DNA of 64,000 nucleotides from a bacterium (GTDB lineage Bacteria; UBA8248): NCBI GenBank assembly GCA_963692865.2, contig OY843592.1, positions 960,001 to 1,024,000 of the forward strand, read 5' to 3'. Shown piece by piece: positions 1 to 9,308 of this stretch (position 1 is its first letter; each line of letters starts with the position of its first letter). The notes under the pieces were generated by a model. It saw only the letters and a program-made list of their open reading frames with translations, ran no database searches and was not told where the DNA came from. The position numbers and the translations under genes were made by a program.

Positions 1-175
1 CGCCCTTTTGGATATTGTCGAGCGCGTCGGCGATCAAGTCGCCGGGAACGTCGGGCGCATCGGCGAACAATGCGGTCTCTTGCTCGGTTATGCGCGTCGT
101 CGTCGCTCCAAGAGCGGCCGACAGACCGGCGAGCATCGCTTCATCGGAAACCATGTCGATGCGCCTGTGAGTCAT
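1..175 (-). CDS. 5' part of a gene running off the window edge; possibly an N6-adenine/Eco57I-type DNA methyltransferase N-terminus
   Basis: The minus strand is open from ATG at 175: MTHRRIDMVSDEAMLAGLSAALGA...ADALDNIQKG. The product guess rests only on a remembered resemblance of this N-terminus. Confidence 0.35.
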   Translation of the reverse strand, partial: MTHRRIDMVSDEAMLAGLSAALGATTTRITEQETALFADAPDVPGDLIADALDNIQKG

Positions 176-367
176 GGTCGGATGTCTCGGGCGTGTTGAA
201 TGCTGATTGAACCGCAAGCATAGCAATGAACCAACCCGTATGGCCAGCGTTCTTTCTCAAGACGTTTTTTGGCCTTGGCGTCATCGGGGAACATGTTCAT
301 CATTTTGATTGGCGAGACGCCTTCCCTCACGGATCGTCAAGAGAAAATGTGGCCCTGCCGTATCATT

Positions 368-985
368 TCAATACTTCCTCAGCACGCCCACGACGACGCC
401 CTGGATATGGAGGTCCGCTTCGTTCACCATGATGGGCGCCATCGCCTCGTTGGCGGGCTGGAGCCTGACTTGCGCGCCTTCCCGGTAGAAGCGCTTGAGT
501 GTGGCGGATTCGCCTTCCACGAGCGCCACCACGGTCTCGCCGTTGAGCGCGTTGCTCCGGCTCTCCACGATCACGTAGTCCCCGTCCTGGATGTGGTCTT
601 CGATCATGGAATCGCCCTTTACTTTCAGGACGTAGAGGTTGCTGTCGCCGGAGGACCAGGGAAGGGGAATGGTTTCGGTGTCCTCTATCGCCTCGAGCGG
701 CATGCCCGCCGCGATCATGCCGCGCAGGGGGAGCTCCACCCGCCCCGGCTCGGCGCTCGCGGCGATGGTGTCCGAACCCGGGATGAGCTCGATGGCCCGG
801 CTCCTGTTCCAGCTTCTCTTGATGAGGCCTTTTTCCGCAATGTTCTGCAGGTGCTTGTGCACCGTGGCGGGCGAGGTGAGGTGGAAGTGCTTGCCGATCT
901 CCACGATGGAGGGGGCGTAGCCGTTGGAGCCGATGAACTCCTTGATGAACTCGTAAATTTCTCGTTGCCTGCGCGTGAGGAACAT
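368..985 (-). CDS. lexA: SOS repressor LexA
   Basis: MFLTRRQREIYEFIK...PSIVEI winged-helix domain, IAAG cleavage site, GDSM catalytic Ser, ATLK catalytic Lys; AGGAGGT RBS before ATG 985. Confidence 0.95.
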   Translation of the reverse strand: MFLTRRQREIYEFIKEFIGSNGYAPSIVEIGKHFHLTSPATVHKHLQNIAEKGLIKRSWNRSRAIELIPGSDTIAASAEPGRVELPLRGMIAAGMPLEAIEDTETIPLPWSSGDSNLYVLKVKGDSMIEDHIQDGDYVIVESRSNALNGETVVALVEGESATLKRFYREGAQVRLQPANEAMAPIMVNEADLHIQGVVVGVLRKY

Positions 986-999
986 GTGAGACCTCCTTT

Positions 1000-2373
1000 T
1001 CAGAATCGTTGGGTCGGACCCGAAGCATCCTTCCGGGCCCACGACGTGAGGATTTCCAGATGAGCGGTATGGGGGAACATGTCGAACACGAAAGCGGTCT
1101 TGACGCGGTAGCCGTTCGATACAAGTTCGCGGGCGTCGCGCGCGAGGGTGGCCGGATTGCAGGAGACGTAGACGACCCGCTCGGGCGCGAGCCCCGCGAT
1201 CAGGGGCATGGCGTCGAGCGCGCCCTTTCTGGGCGGGTCGAGCACGACGACGTCGGGCGCGCGCCCCCCGAGTTTCGAGACGACTTCTTCTTTCGTGAGC
1301 TTATGGACGCTTGAGTGAAGAAACTCCGCGTTGGCGACTCCGTTCTCCTCCCGGTTGAACCCGGCGTCGGCCACGGCGTAGGGGTTTTCCTCGACCCCCA
1401 GCACGCGTTCCGCCCTCAGCGCCAGAGGAAGGGAGAAATTTCCCGCTCCGCAGTAGAGGTCCAGAACGACGGCTCCATCGTTCAACCCGCACTCTTCGGC
1501 CACGCTTTTCACCAGCAGTCGATTCAGCGCGCGGTTCGGCTGAATGAAGGATTCGGGCGATACGCCCAGGCATAATTCGGGGTGCTCCGGGTCGGGCCGG
1601 TACCGCGCCCGCCAGCGGGGCGGTTCCCCGGGTTCGCGTCTGCCGGCCATGGCCAGCGGAAAGTGGTTTTCTTCGGCGAATTTCCTCCAGGCGCTCAGCG
1701 TCCTGCGGTCGATTTTCCGGTTTCCGCGCTCCCGGTAACCCGACTTGTAAATGTAGAGGCCCACGGCTGTCTCTTCCGCTTCATCAAGGGAGGTAATCTC
1801 CACGGCCTCGATTCTCCTCGCCCTGGGCTCCGCCTGGAGGAGATGCCTGAGCTGGCCGAGCGCGTCGGCGATGGGTTGTTCCACCAGCAGGCAGTCTTCG
1901 ACTTCGACCAGGCGCCGCACGCCCGGAGCGAAAAAGCCGATCCCGGAGCCTCGTATCTGAAACCGCGCGCGCATGCGGTAGCGCTCCTCGTTTTCGGGGA
2001 GCGCGACGGTTTGCGCGGGAACGCCAAGGTCTATCTTGCCGATGCGGGCGAGGGCGTCGAGAAAAATTCGCTTCTTGGCCTTCAACTGGGTCCGGGGCGC
2101 GACGTGCTGCAAGGCGCATCCCCCGCAGTCGCTCCAATGGACGCACGGGGGCGCGGTTCGCCCGGGGCCCGCCTGGGTGACTTCCGCGAGTTCGCCGATC
2201 AGGTACTTCCCCTTCTCCTTGACGATGCGGAAGCGGACGGTGTCTCCGGGGGCCGTCCCGGGGATGAATACGGCGCGGCCCTCCAGGCGGGCCACGCCCG
2301 CCCCGCCCGTGGCGATGCTCTCCACCCACGCTTCATGGACGACCTTGTTTTGATCCAGAAGAAGGGTGTTCAC
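1000..2373 (-). CDS. rlmD: 23S rRNA m5U methyltransferase (RlmD/TrmA family, TRAM domain, Fe-S cysteines)
   Basis: PCVHWSDCGGC, LDLYCGAGNF, DPPRKG, YVSCNPATLARD and DMFPHTAHLE motifs. Confidence 0.9.
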   Translation of the reverse strand: MNTLLLDQNKVVHEAWVESIATGGAGVARLEGRAVFIPGTAPGDTVRFRIVKEKGKYLIGELAEVTQAGPGRTAPPCVHWSDCGGCALQHVAPRTQLKAKKRIFLDALARIGKIDLGVPAQTVALPENEERYRMRARFQIRGSGIGFFAPGVRRLVEVEDCLLVEQPIADALGQLRHLLQAEPRARRIEAVEITSLDEAEETAVGLYIYKSGYRERGNRKIDRRTLSAWRKFAEENHFPLAMAGRREPGEPPRWRARYRPDPEHPELCLGVSPESFIQPNRALNRLLVKSVAEECGLNDGAVVLDLYCGAGNFSLPLALRAERVLGVEENPYAVADAGFNREENGVANAEFLHSSVHKLTKEEVVSKLGGRAPDVVVLDPPRKGALDAMPLIAGLAPERVVYVSCNPATLARDARELVSNGYRVKTAFVFDMFPHTAHLEILTSWARKDASGPTQRF

Positions 2374-2561
2374 GGCAACCGGGCCCTTATGACATATATT
2401 TCACGAAAGTAACGCATCCCTAATACAAACAAATTACGAATAATTTTGCAAGTCTTTTTTCGTTTTTACTTTTCGGAAGATTTCGGGCGATAATCTCCGA
2501 AATTTCGGGACAAACGGACATATTTTGGGTGATGTCCGACTTATGCTTCCAGGGGGGGGAG

Positions 2562-3290
2562 ATGAAAATGCCGTCCGTTCGGTATGAGAAGGAAAACGCT
2601 CTCGGCCGCGTCACGCTCGCTCGCGCCTCCGAGGCGAACCGCCTGACGTTCGAGATGATGGGAGAACTCACCGAAGCCCTCCTTCGGGCGGGAGAGGAGT
2701 GCGACGTCGTGCTGCTGAGCGGAGAGGGCGCGGATTTTTGCGCGGGCAGGGAGAGCGTGCGCGGCGGCGCCGGGCTGCCGCCGGTGAACGTGATACGGGA
2801 GCGCTTCCGCCGGATCGTTCGGATGAACGACGCACTGGAGTTCTCTCCCGCCGTGACGGTGGCGGCGCTGAGGGGCCGCGCCTACGGGCCGGGGGCGGGG
2901 CTCGTCAGCCGCGCCGACATCGTGCTGGCTTCCGATACCGCGCGGATCGCCTTTCCCGAGATCAGGGAGGGTTTTCCGCCCACGGTGGTCATCAGCCACC
3001 TGGCGAGGAAGCTGGACAGACGCCACGGCTTCGAGATGGTCATCACGGGCCGGGAGATCGACGCCGAAGAGGGCAGGCGGGTCGGCATGGTGAATCACGT
3101 GGTGGCGGACGCGGAGCTCGATGCGGAGGCAGAGCGCCTGTGCGCGGATTTGGCCGCTCTGGGCGGCGATTCCCTGAGGCCGACCAAGAGTTTCTACCGC
3201 TTCGCCGAGACGGCCAGGCCCGAGGCGAACGCGGATCACGCGGTCAACCTCATCGCCAACGCCATACACGCGAAAGGAAACGTCGGTTAG
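2562..3290 (+). CDS. Enoyl-CoA hydratase/isomerase (crotonase) family protein
   Basis: GADFCAG, AFPEIREG, ITGREIDAEEG...GMVNHVV. Confidence 0.85.
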   Translation: MKMPSVRYEKENALGRVTLARASEANRLTFEMMGELTEALLRAGEECDVVLLSGEGADFCAGRESVRGGAGLPPVNVIRERFRRIVRMNDALEFSPAVTVAALRGRAYGPGAGLVSRADIVLASDTARIAFPEIREGFPPTVVISHLARKLDRRHGFEMVITGREIDAEEGRRVGMVNHVVADAELDAEAERLCADLAALGGDSLRPTKSFYRFAETARPEANADHAVNLIANAIHAKGNVG

Positions 3291-3408
3291 TCTCCGGCCT
3301 TTGACGAATCGCGCGCGCGGGGCCTAATCTCGACGGACGAAAATTTCAGGGGAAGATGGGGCGCGAAAGTTTGCGCTCGCTTCGTCGCATTTCAAGGAGA
3401 ACGGATTG

Positions 3409-5073
3409 ATGGCGACCATGACGGCTGGACACGCGGTGGCGGATGCGCTGGCGAAACTGGGGGTGAGGCACGTAATCGGCATGGCGGGTTCGTGCATGAT
3501 CGAGATACTGGACGGCATGTACGGCCGCGAGGACATCTCCTTCCTCACGGTGCGCCACGAGCAAAGCGCCGCCCTCATGGCGGACGCCTACGCGCGGCTC
3601 ACCGGCGAGGTGGGCGTGTGCATGGCGACCAACGGCCCCGGCGCCACGAACCTCGTCACCGGCGTGGCGCACTCGATGATGGCGCAAAGCCCGGTGTTGG
3701 TCATCACCGGCGCTCCCATGATGAAGGACACCTTCCGCGAGTCCACCCAGGAACTCGACCAGATCGCCATGTTCGCCCCCATGGTGAAGTGGTCGGTGCA
3801 GGTGAGAAAACCCGAGCGCGCCTTCGACGTCATCAACGAAGCCTGTCACGTGGCGACCTCCGGCGTGCCCGGTCCCGTGCACGTCGACCTGCCGCGCGAC
3901 GTGTTGAACGAGACGGCGGAGTATCCGGAAGGAAACGGCGCGGTTCCCGTGAGCCGGGCGCGGCTCGCCCCCGACCCTGATGCGGTCGCGCGGGCGGCGG
4001 CGCTGCTCGGCTCCGCCGAGCGGCCCCTGCTCATCGGAGGAGGCGGCGTGCTCTGGGACGAGGCGAGCGGCGATCTGGCAGCGCTTGCCGAAGCGCTCGA
4101 CGCTCCCGTCATGACCTCCACCGGCCGGGACGACGTGGTCCCGAACGGGCATCCCCTGTTCCTGGGTTCGATTGGCCGAGGGACTCTGCCCGAGGCGCGC
4201 GCGCTTTTTGAGAAGGCGGACGTCGTGTTCGCCGTCGGCACGAGGCTCGCGCACTCGACCACGTTCCTGCGACCCGATTTCTTCGGGGGCGCGAAGCTCA
4301 TTCACGCGGCCGTGGACCCGCATAACATAGGGCGCAATTTCGCCACCGAGGTGGGGATGAACGCGGAGGCGGGGCTTGCGCTCCGGGCCGTGCTCGGCGC
4401 GCTGGGTGAAAGGGGTGAGCGCCCCGCGTGGCGGGCGGAGGCAGCGGCGGTGCGCGACGCGCAGGAAAAACACCGCGCGCGCGCGCTCGAATACGGCGGG
4501 AAGCCCATCGACCCCAGGCGCGCCCAGATGGCTCTCGCGAGAGTCCTGCCCGAAAACACCATCATTACGAACGACGCGGGCAGCGCGGCGGGGTATATTT
4601 ATGAGTACCAGCGGTTCGACCAGGCCAGGAGTTTCGTGGCGCCCCAGGATCTGGCGGCCATCGGTATCGGCTATCCCCTGGGGCTGGGGGCCAAGCTGGC
4701 GCGTCCGCATCAAAAGGTCGTCACCATCAGCGGAGACGGCGCGTTCCTGTGCAACGGGGCCGAACTGGAGACCGCGATGCGCGAGAACCTGCCGACCGTC
4801 TGCGTCATCCTGAACAATTTCAACCTGGGTTCGGAGCGCGCCTACCAGAAGCATTTCTACGAGGGTCGCTACATCGCCGACGCCATCGGCAACCCCAGGT
4901 TCGACGAATACGCGCGCGTCTTCGGCGCGGCGGGCTACCGCGTGGAAGATCCGGAGGACCTCGAAGACGTCTACGCCCAGGCGCTCTCCGAAGAGGGCCC
5001 CGCCGTGGTGGACGTGATCATCGATCAGGACGTCTTCCCCGAACCCAGGCGCAAGGACGCGGTGAAGAAGTAG
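3409..5073 (+). CDS. Thiamine diphosphate-dependent enzyme (acetolactate synthase/Xsc-like family)
   Basis: VRHEQSA, TNGPGATN, QELDQ, GPVHVDLPRD, and the GDG...NN ThDP-binding motif. Confidence 0.88.
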   Translation: MATMTAGHAVADALAKLGVRHVIGMAGSCMIEILDGMYGREDISFLTVRHEQSAALMADAYARLTGEVGVCMATNGPGATNLVTGVAHSMMAQSPVLVITGAPMMKDTFRESTQELDQIAMFAPMVKWSVQVRKPERAFDVINEACHVATSGVPGPVHVDLPRDVLNETAEYPEGNGAVPVSRARLAPDPDAVARAAALLGSAERPLLIGGGGVLWDEASGDLAALAEALDAPVMTSTGRDDVVPNGHPLFLGSIGRGTLPEARALFEKADVVFAVGTRLAHSTTFLRPDFFGGAKLIHAAVDPHNIGRNFATEVGMNAEAGLALRAVLGALGERGERPAWRAEAAAVRDAQEKHRARALEYGGKPIDPRRAQMALARVLPENTIITNDAGSAAGYIYEYQRFDQARSFVAPQDLAAIGIGYPLGLGAKLARPHQKVVTISGDGAFLCNGAELETAMRENLPTVCVILNNFNLGSERAYQKHFYEGRYIADAIGNPRFDEYARVFGAAGYRVEDPEDLEDVYAQALSEEGPAVVDVIIDQDVFPEPRRKDAVKK

Positions 5074-5151
5074 GGTGCCGGCGTTTCGGCGTCATTTCTT
5101 CGGTCGGGATTCACCCACCTCGCGGCATCGGGCTTCGCAGAACGCTTGACG

Positions 5152-5368
5152 CTCTCATCCCGGGCAAGCGCCCCGAACCCTCATCCCGAGTAGGCGCGCA
5201 AGCGCCGTATCGAAGGATGGGGGCGCATCTCTCCGGCGGGCGCGAATTTCGCCCTTCGATACGCGGCTTCGCCGCTACTCAGGGTGAGGCGGAGCGGCGG
5301 GCTGCGCAGGACGAGGGGGGGATTGCGCCGCATCGGACTTTTTCAATAACCTCCTCAAGGGGGGAGTG
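5152..5368. repeat. Nested inverted-repeat element followed by an IS-like end and a half palindrome
   Basis: cctcatcccgagtag..cgtatcgaagg (5179-5216) pairs with ccttcgatacg..ctactcagggtgagg (5253-5289). Related halves occur at 58467-58503 and 63557-63618. Confidence 0.8.
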
Positions 5369-5468
5369 TTCCCAAGCGAAGGGAAATGGTTCCAAATCGT
5401 GGCGGGAAACGCGCTTGTGCTTCGGCTTTATCCCCTCGCTTCCGCACCTGGCATAATGAAGCAACCGC

Positions 5469-6773
5469 TCAACGCTCCAGCAGACGAAGGCGTTTGCGAA
5501 AGCCTTTCGTAATGCTCTCCAAAAGCCGTTCGGGGAAATCGGGCGGCAGACCGTTCTTCACGTTCGATATCGCCGCTTCTCCTCGTTCGAGGAGTTCATC
5601 GAATATCTCACGGACGATGCTTTCACCCATGCCGCCTGCCGCCGCCGTTTGCAGAAAATGGCGCGGGACAATCTCGTTTACGGCGTAATGGCGGTTTTTA
5701 CCGATAGACATCGCCATCTTCATATCGCGTTGCCGGAGTTGGTGAGCGTCGAAGTTCGGCTGAACCGACATCACGTCATAGAAGGGCGTCAAAGAAAACC
5801 CACTGCGGGGATGAAGGAAGAGGCTGAAGTTCTTGGCGTGTCCGTCGGTGGCGGCGAGAAGCCAGAAGACGACGGCCGCCTTCATGATCGTCTTTCGATC
5901 ATGTTCGGGTTCGTCGCTACCTGTGAACAGGTCGAGCAGTTCGGGAAGAGCGGGTCCTCCGTCGCTCTCGTATTTTTTAGCTGAGAGCATGGAAAGCGCC
6001 TGGCAACAGTCTTCCTGCGGCAGGCGCAGGAGGCGCCCGTCTTTCGCCCAGAGCCGATCGAATCGCTCCACGACCAACGTCTTCCTTCCTCCGAACATCT
6101 CCATGCGGGTGTCGGCTACGGGCATGCCGAGCATGGCGATGAGCCGCATGCAAAGATGCTCATTTTCGACGGAAAGCGAGAGGTCGACGCCGTCGCCTCT
6201 CAGACCAATCTGCGGTTTGAGGATATGGGTCGTCGCCGTCGAGCCGTATGGAATATGCCACTCGTCCTTCCAGTACAGGAGGGCTGTCTTTTCCTGCGCG
6301 CCTGCGAGCGAGATGCGGAAATCCTCGTGCGCGCCGATGCCGAGCGGACTGTTCGCCAGACCGGCGAGAATACCGGCGATTTCATTCTCATTTACTGCGT
6401 GCGCCTGCACCGAGCCTGCTTGACCGGGGTCTTCTCCTTCCGGCAGAAACTGCAAGGCGCCGACGCAATCGCGGCCGACCACGCCGATCAGGCTGAAGAA
6501 GTCTGCGTCCGCCGCGCGCGATCGTTCGGCCAGTCTGCGGCGAATGTCGAGGTTGTCCGGGAGCAGATTGTCGAGCACGGCGATAACCGTCGTGCCGAGA
6601 TAGGGGTCTTCACGCAGCGGCATGGATAGCGAAACCGGAAAACCGTGCTCCCAGGCGAGCCAACTCTCATCGTAGCGAAAATCGATGGCTCCGCTCGACG
6701 CCTTGCGCAACCAGCCGACGAGGCGGCCGTTCATATAGACGGCAAGCGGTATGTAGGCGCGTCGTCTGGCTAT
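5469..6773 (-). CDS. hipA: HipA family Ser/Thr kinase toxin (expected start position reads ATA at 6773; first ATG is at 6734)
   Basis: ISLAGAQEK, THILKP, ENEHLC, VERFDR, QEDCCQA, DGHAKNFS, PFYD. Confidence 0.92.
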   Translation of the reverse strand: MARRRAYIPLAVYMNGRLVGWLRKASSGAIDFRYDESWLAWEHGFPVSLSMPLREDPYLGTTVIAVLDNLLPDNLDIRRRLAERSRAADADFFSLIGVVGRDCVGALQFLPEGEDPGQAGSVQAHAVNENEIAGILAGLANSPLGIGAHEDFRISLAGAQEKTALLYWKDEWHIPYGSTATTHILKPQIGLRGDGVDLSLSVENEHLCMRLIAMLGMPVADTRMEMFGGRKTLVVERFDRLWAKDGRLLRLPQEDCCQALSMLSAKKYESDGGPALPELLDLFTGSDEPEHDRKTIMKAAVVFWLLAATDGHAKNFSLFLHPRSGFSLTPFYDVMSVQPNFDAHQLRQRDMKMAMSIGKNRHYAVNEIVPRHFLQTAAAGGMGESIVREIFDELLERGEAAISNVKNGLPPDFPERLLESITKGFRKRLRLLER

Positions 6774-7027
6774 CGGAACAGGACCTCAATCTCATCGATC
6801 GCGCTCCGGCTGCGCGGTCGGACGACCAATTCCAACTCCAGCGCAGCGAGAGACGCCATCAGGGTGTGAAGGCGGCTGGTCGACGAGCCACCTTCCAGCT
6901 TGGAGATGGTGGCCTGGCGCATGTGGATTTTTTCGCCGAGTTCCGCTTGGGTGAAACCGCGCTGTTTGCGGACCCGACGAAGAGCCTCTCCCAGTTGCTT
7001 TTCCGATCGGGTAACATGCTCTCTCAT
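6770..7027 (-). CDS. hipB: HipB-like XRE helix-turn-helix antitoxin
   Basis: LGEALRRVRKQRGFTQAELG...QATISKLE; immediately upstream of, and overlapping, hipA. Confidence 0.9.
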   Translation of the reverse strand: MREHVTRSEKQLGEALRRVRKQRGFTQAELGEKIHMRQATISKLEGGSSTSRLHTLMASLAALELELVVRPRSRSAIDEIEVLFR

Positions 7028-7051
7028 CTTCTATTCCTCCTCAAAAGTTGA

Positions 7052-7123
7052 TATGCGTTAAAACGTATAATATGTCAATATACGATTTATAGTATATTAA
7101 ATATATATACATGATAGCGTATA
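7052..7123 (-). promoter_or_regulatory. hipBA promoter with three TATAC-N8-GTATA operators
   Basis: tatgc-gttaaaac-gtata (7052), tatac-gatttata-gtata (7079), tatac-atgatagc-gtata (7106); exact 27-bp period. Confidence 0.8.
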
Positions 7124-7159
7124 ATAATTTTTGCTACGGGCAATCGGATGAAAGAGAAC

Positions 7160-8353
7160 CTAGCCTCTCCCCCGAAACGCCCACGCGCTCGCCGCGTAGA
7201 AGCACCCGCCCAGGACGGCGGCGCACAGGGCGAGCCAGCCGAGCGCCTCGAAGCCGCCCCATTGTAAGGCGAATCCGCCCAGGGAGGCGCCCAGGAAGAG
7301 GCCCACCTGATTGCTCGTCGAATAGAAGCCGATGATGGCGCCGCGCGCCTGCGGGGCGATGGATATGAGGTCATCCATAACGGCGGGACGGCTCAGGTGG
7401 CTGAAGAACGAGAAGAGAAAGCCCGCCGCGATCGTAAGCGTGAGAAAACCCGGCCCCGCGAAGTGAAACGCCAGAAGTTCTCCCTGCAGCAGAACCAGGG
7501 CGGTGATGATGAGAAAGCGCCGCCTCACGCCCGCGAGCGCGCCGCCCAGGAGTCCGCCGATGAGCGCGCCGACGGACATCGCCGTGATCATACTCCCCGC
7601 TGCGGAGAGAGAAATACCGAAAGTGCGTATCAGAAAAACGGATACGTAGGTCAGAAAAGCGGAAGTCATGAGCCGTTCGGTGACGTTGCCGCTCAGGAGG
7701 AGCCATGAGGCGCCCTGGCGCATCCAGGCGAAGCTGGCCAGATAGGATGAAGGCGCGTCGGTCCGCCTTTGGGAGGGCAACGAATGGAGCGTGTAAAAGG
7801 AAAGCGCCAGACCGAACGCGCCCGAAATCCAAAGTGCGTTGCGCCAGCCCAAATAATCCGTCAGAAAGGCCACGCTCGGGACTCCAACGAGCAGTCCCAT
7901 GGCCACGCCCGCCGTCGCGAACCCGATTGCGAGGCCGCGGATGCGTCCCGCGAAGTTGTCCCCGATCAACGCCACCGCCGTGGGCGGCACGAGCGCGCCG
8001 CTTAATCCAGCGATGAACCGGAAGACCGCCACCGCAAGATAGCCGTTCGTGAATGAGATGGCGATGCTGGAGAGCGAGAGACCCGTCAACCCGATGAGGA
8101 TGACGGGTTTTCTGCCATAGCGGTCCGAAATGGGCGCCAGAAGGGGCGCGCCTATCCCCCACGGGATGAAGATGATGGCCGCCAACTGCCCCATGGCCGT
8201 GAGGGATAGGCCCAGGTCGCGGCCCATGGCGTCGAGCATGGGCCCCAGGATGAAGGCCGTGGTGTAGGCGGTGAATATGGTCAGAAAACATGCGAGGATG
8301 ATCGGCCAGCCCTCTCGAAAGCCGGCCCCATCCTTGCTTGTGGATAAATCCAT
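7160..8353 (-). CDS. MFS transporter
   Basis: About 12 hydrophobic helices; motif A (ISDRYGRK). Confidence 0.9.
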   Translation of the reverse strand: MDLSTSKDGAGFREGWPIILACFLTIFTAYTTAFILGPMLDAMGRDLGLSLTAMGQLAAIIFIPWGIGAPLLAPISDRYGRKPVILIGLTGLSLSSIAISFTNGYLAVAVFRFIAGLSGALVPPTAVALIGDNFAGRIRGLAIGFATAGVAMGLLVGVPSVAFLTDYLGWRNALWISGAFGLALSFYTLHSLPSQRRTDAPSSYLASFAWMRQGASWLLLSGNVTERLMTSAFLTYVSVFLIRTFGISLSAAGSMITAMSVGALIGGLLGGALAGVRRRFLIITALVLLQGELLAFHFAGPGFLTLTIAAGFLFSFFSHLSRPAVMDDLISIAPQARGAIIGFYSTSNQVGLFLGASLGGFALQWGGFEALGWLALCAAVLGGCFYAASAWAFRGRG

Positions 8354-8463
8354 GCGCGCTCCTGGGATCGGGATGACCGGTAAGGCTTATCCTTCATACC
8401 GGCCCATCCCGCAACCCCGGGAGACTGAGCGCGCGATTCTTCCCCGATGTGGTCGGTTCCGGA

Positions 8464-9246
8464 TCAGCAGTTCTTCCAGACGGGTTTACGTTTCTCCATG
8501 AACGCGTTCTTGCCCTCGCGGTAGTCTTCGGTCTTGTAGAAGCGGTTCATGATGGGCCGGCACAGGCGATAGCCCTCGTACATCGACACGTTGGCGGCCA
8601 CGGCGATCTCCTCCTTGGTGTGCTGCACCGTCATGGGCGAGCACTCGATGATCTGCTCGGCCATGGCGGTCGCGGTGTCGAGGAGTTCCCCGTTCTTGGC
8701 GATCTTCACCACGAGGCCCAGGCGGTAGGCTTCCTCCGCGTCGATGAGTTCGCCCGAGAACATGTACCATCTGGCGAGTCCCGGAATCGCCGCAGGCATG
8801 CGCATGGCCCCGCCGATGCTGATGATGCCGATCTTGGGCTGGGAGTATCCGACCTTGGCGTCTTCCGAGACCACGCGAACGTCCGCGCCGAGGAACAGGC
8901 TCATCCCGCCGCCGATGGCGTAGCCCTGCGCCGCGCAGATGATCGGCTTCTTGATCCAGTCCAGGTCGCAGTAGAGGACCCCCTTGGGGCGGACGGCGCC
9001 CATCTTGAGTTCATCTTCTTCGAGGTTCTGATCCCACCCGGAGCAGAAGGATTTACCCTCGCCCGCGAGAATCGCCACCCACACCTCCTTGTCGTCGTTC
9101 ACGTCCTCCCAGCATTGAAGAAGCTCCATCGCCGTGGCGAAGCTCAGGGGATTCAGCTTGTCGGGCCGGTTCAGGGTGACGTAGGCGATCTTGTTTTCCT
9201 TGCGGTATTTCACGGTCTTGAGTCCGAACTCTTGCGTCAGGTCCAT
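8464..9246 (-). CDS. Enoyl-CoA hydratase/isomerase family protein
   Basis: VTLNRPDKLN, GKSFCSGWD, KPIICAAQGYAIGGG, DYREGKNAFMEKRKP. Confidence 0.88.
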   Translation of the reverse strand: MDLTQEFGLKTVKYRKENKIAYVTLNRPDKLNPLSFATAMELLQCWEDVNDDKEVWVAILAGEGKSFCSGWDQNLEEDELKMGAVRPKGVLYCDLDWIKKPIICAAQGYAIGGGMSLFLGADVRVVSEDAKVGYSQPKIGIISIGGAMRMPAAIPGLARWYMFSGELIDAEEAYRLGLVVKIAKNGELLDTATAMAEQIIECSPMTVQHTKEEIAVAANVSMYEGYRLCRPIMNRFYKTEDYREGKNAFMEKRKPVWKNC

Positions 9247-9308
9247 TTGCCTCTCTCCCGTTAAAAAATGGTTATCCCGGTGAATCAACGATGAAAGCGG
9301 CCGGTTTT

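Noticed and set aside
289-298. GAACATGTTC palindrome downstream of lexA as an SOS box
   Set aside because: The spacer is 2 nt rather than the GAAC-N4-GTTC pattern, and it is a single short instance.
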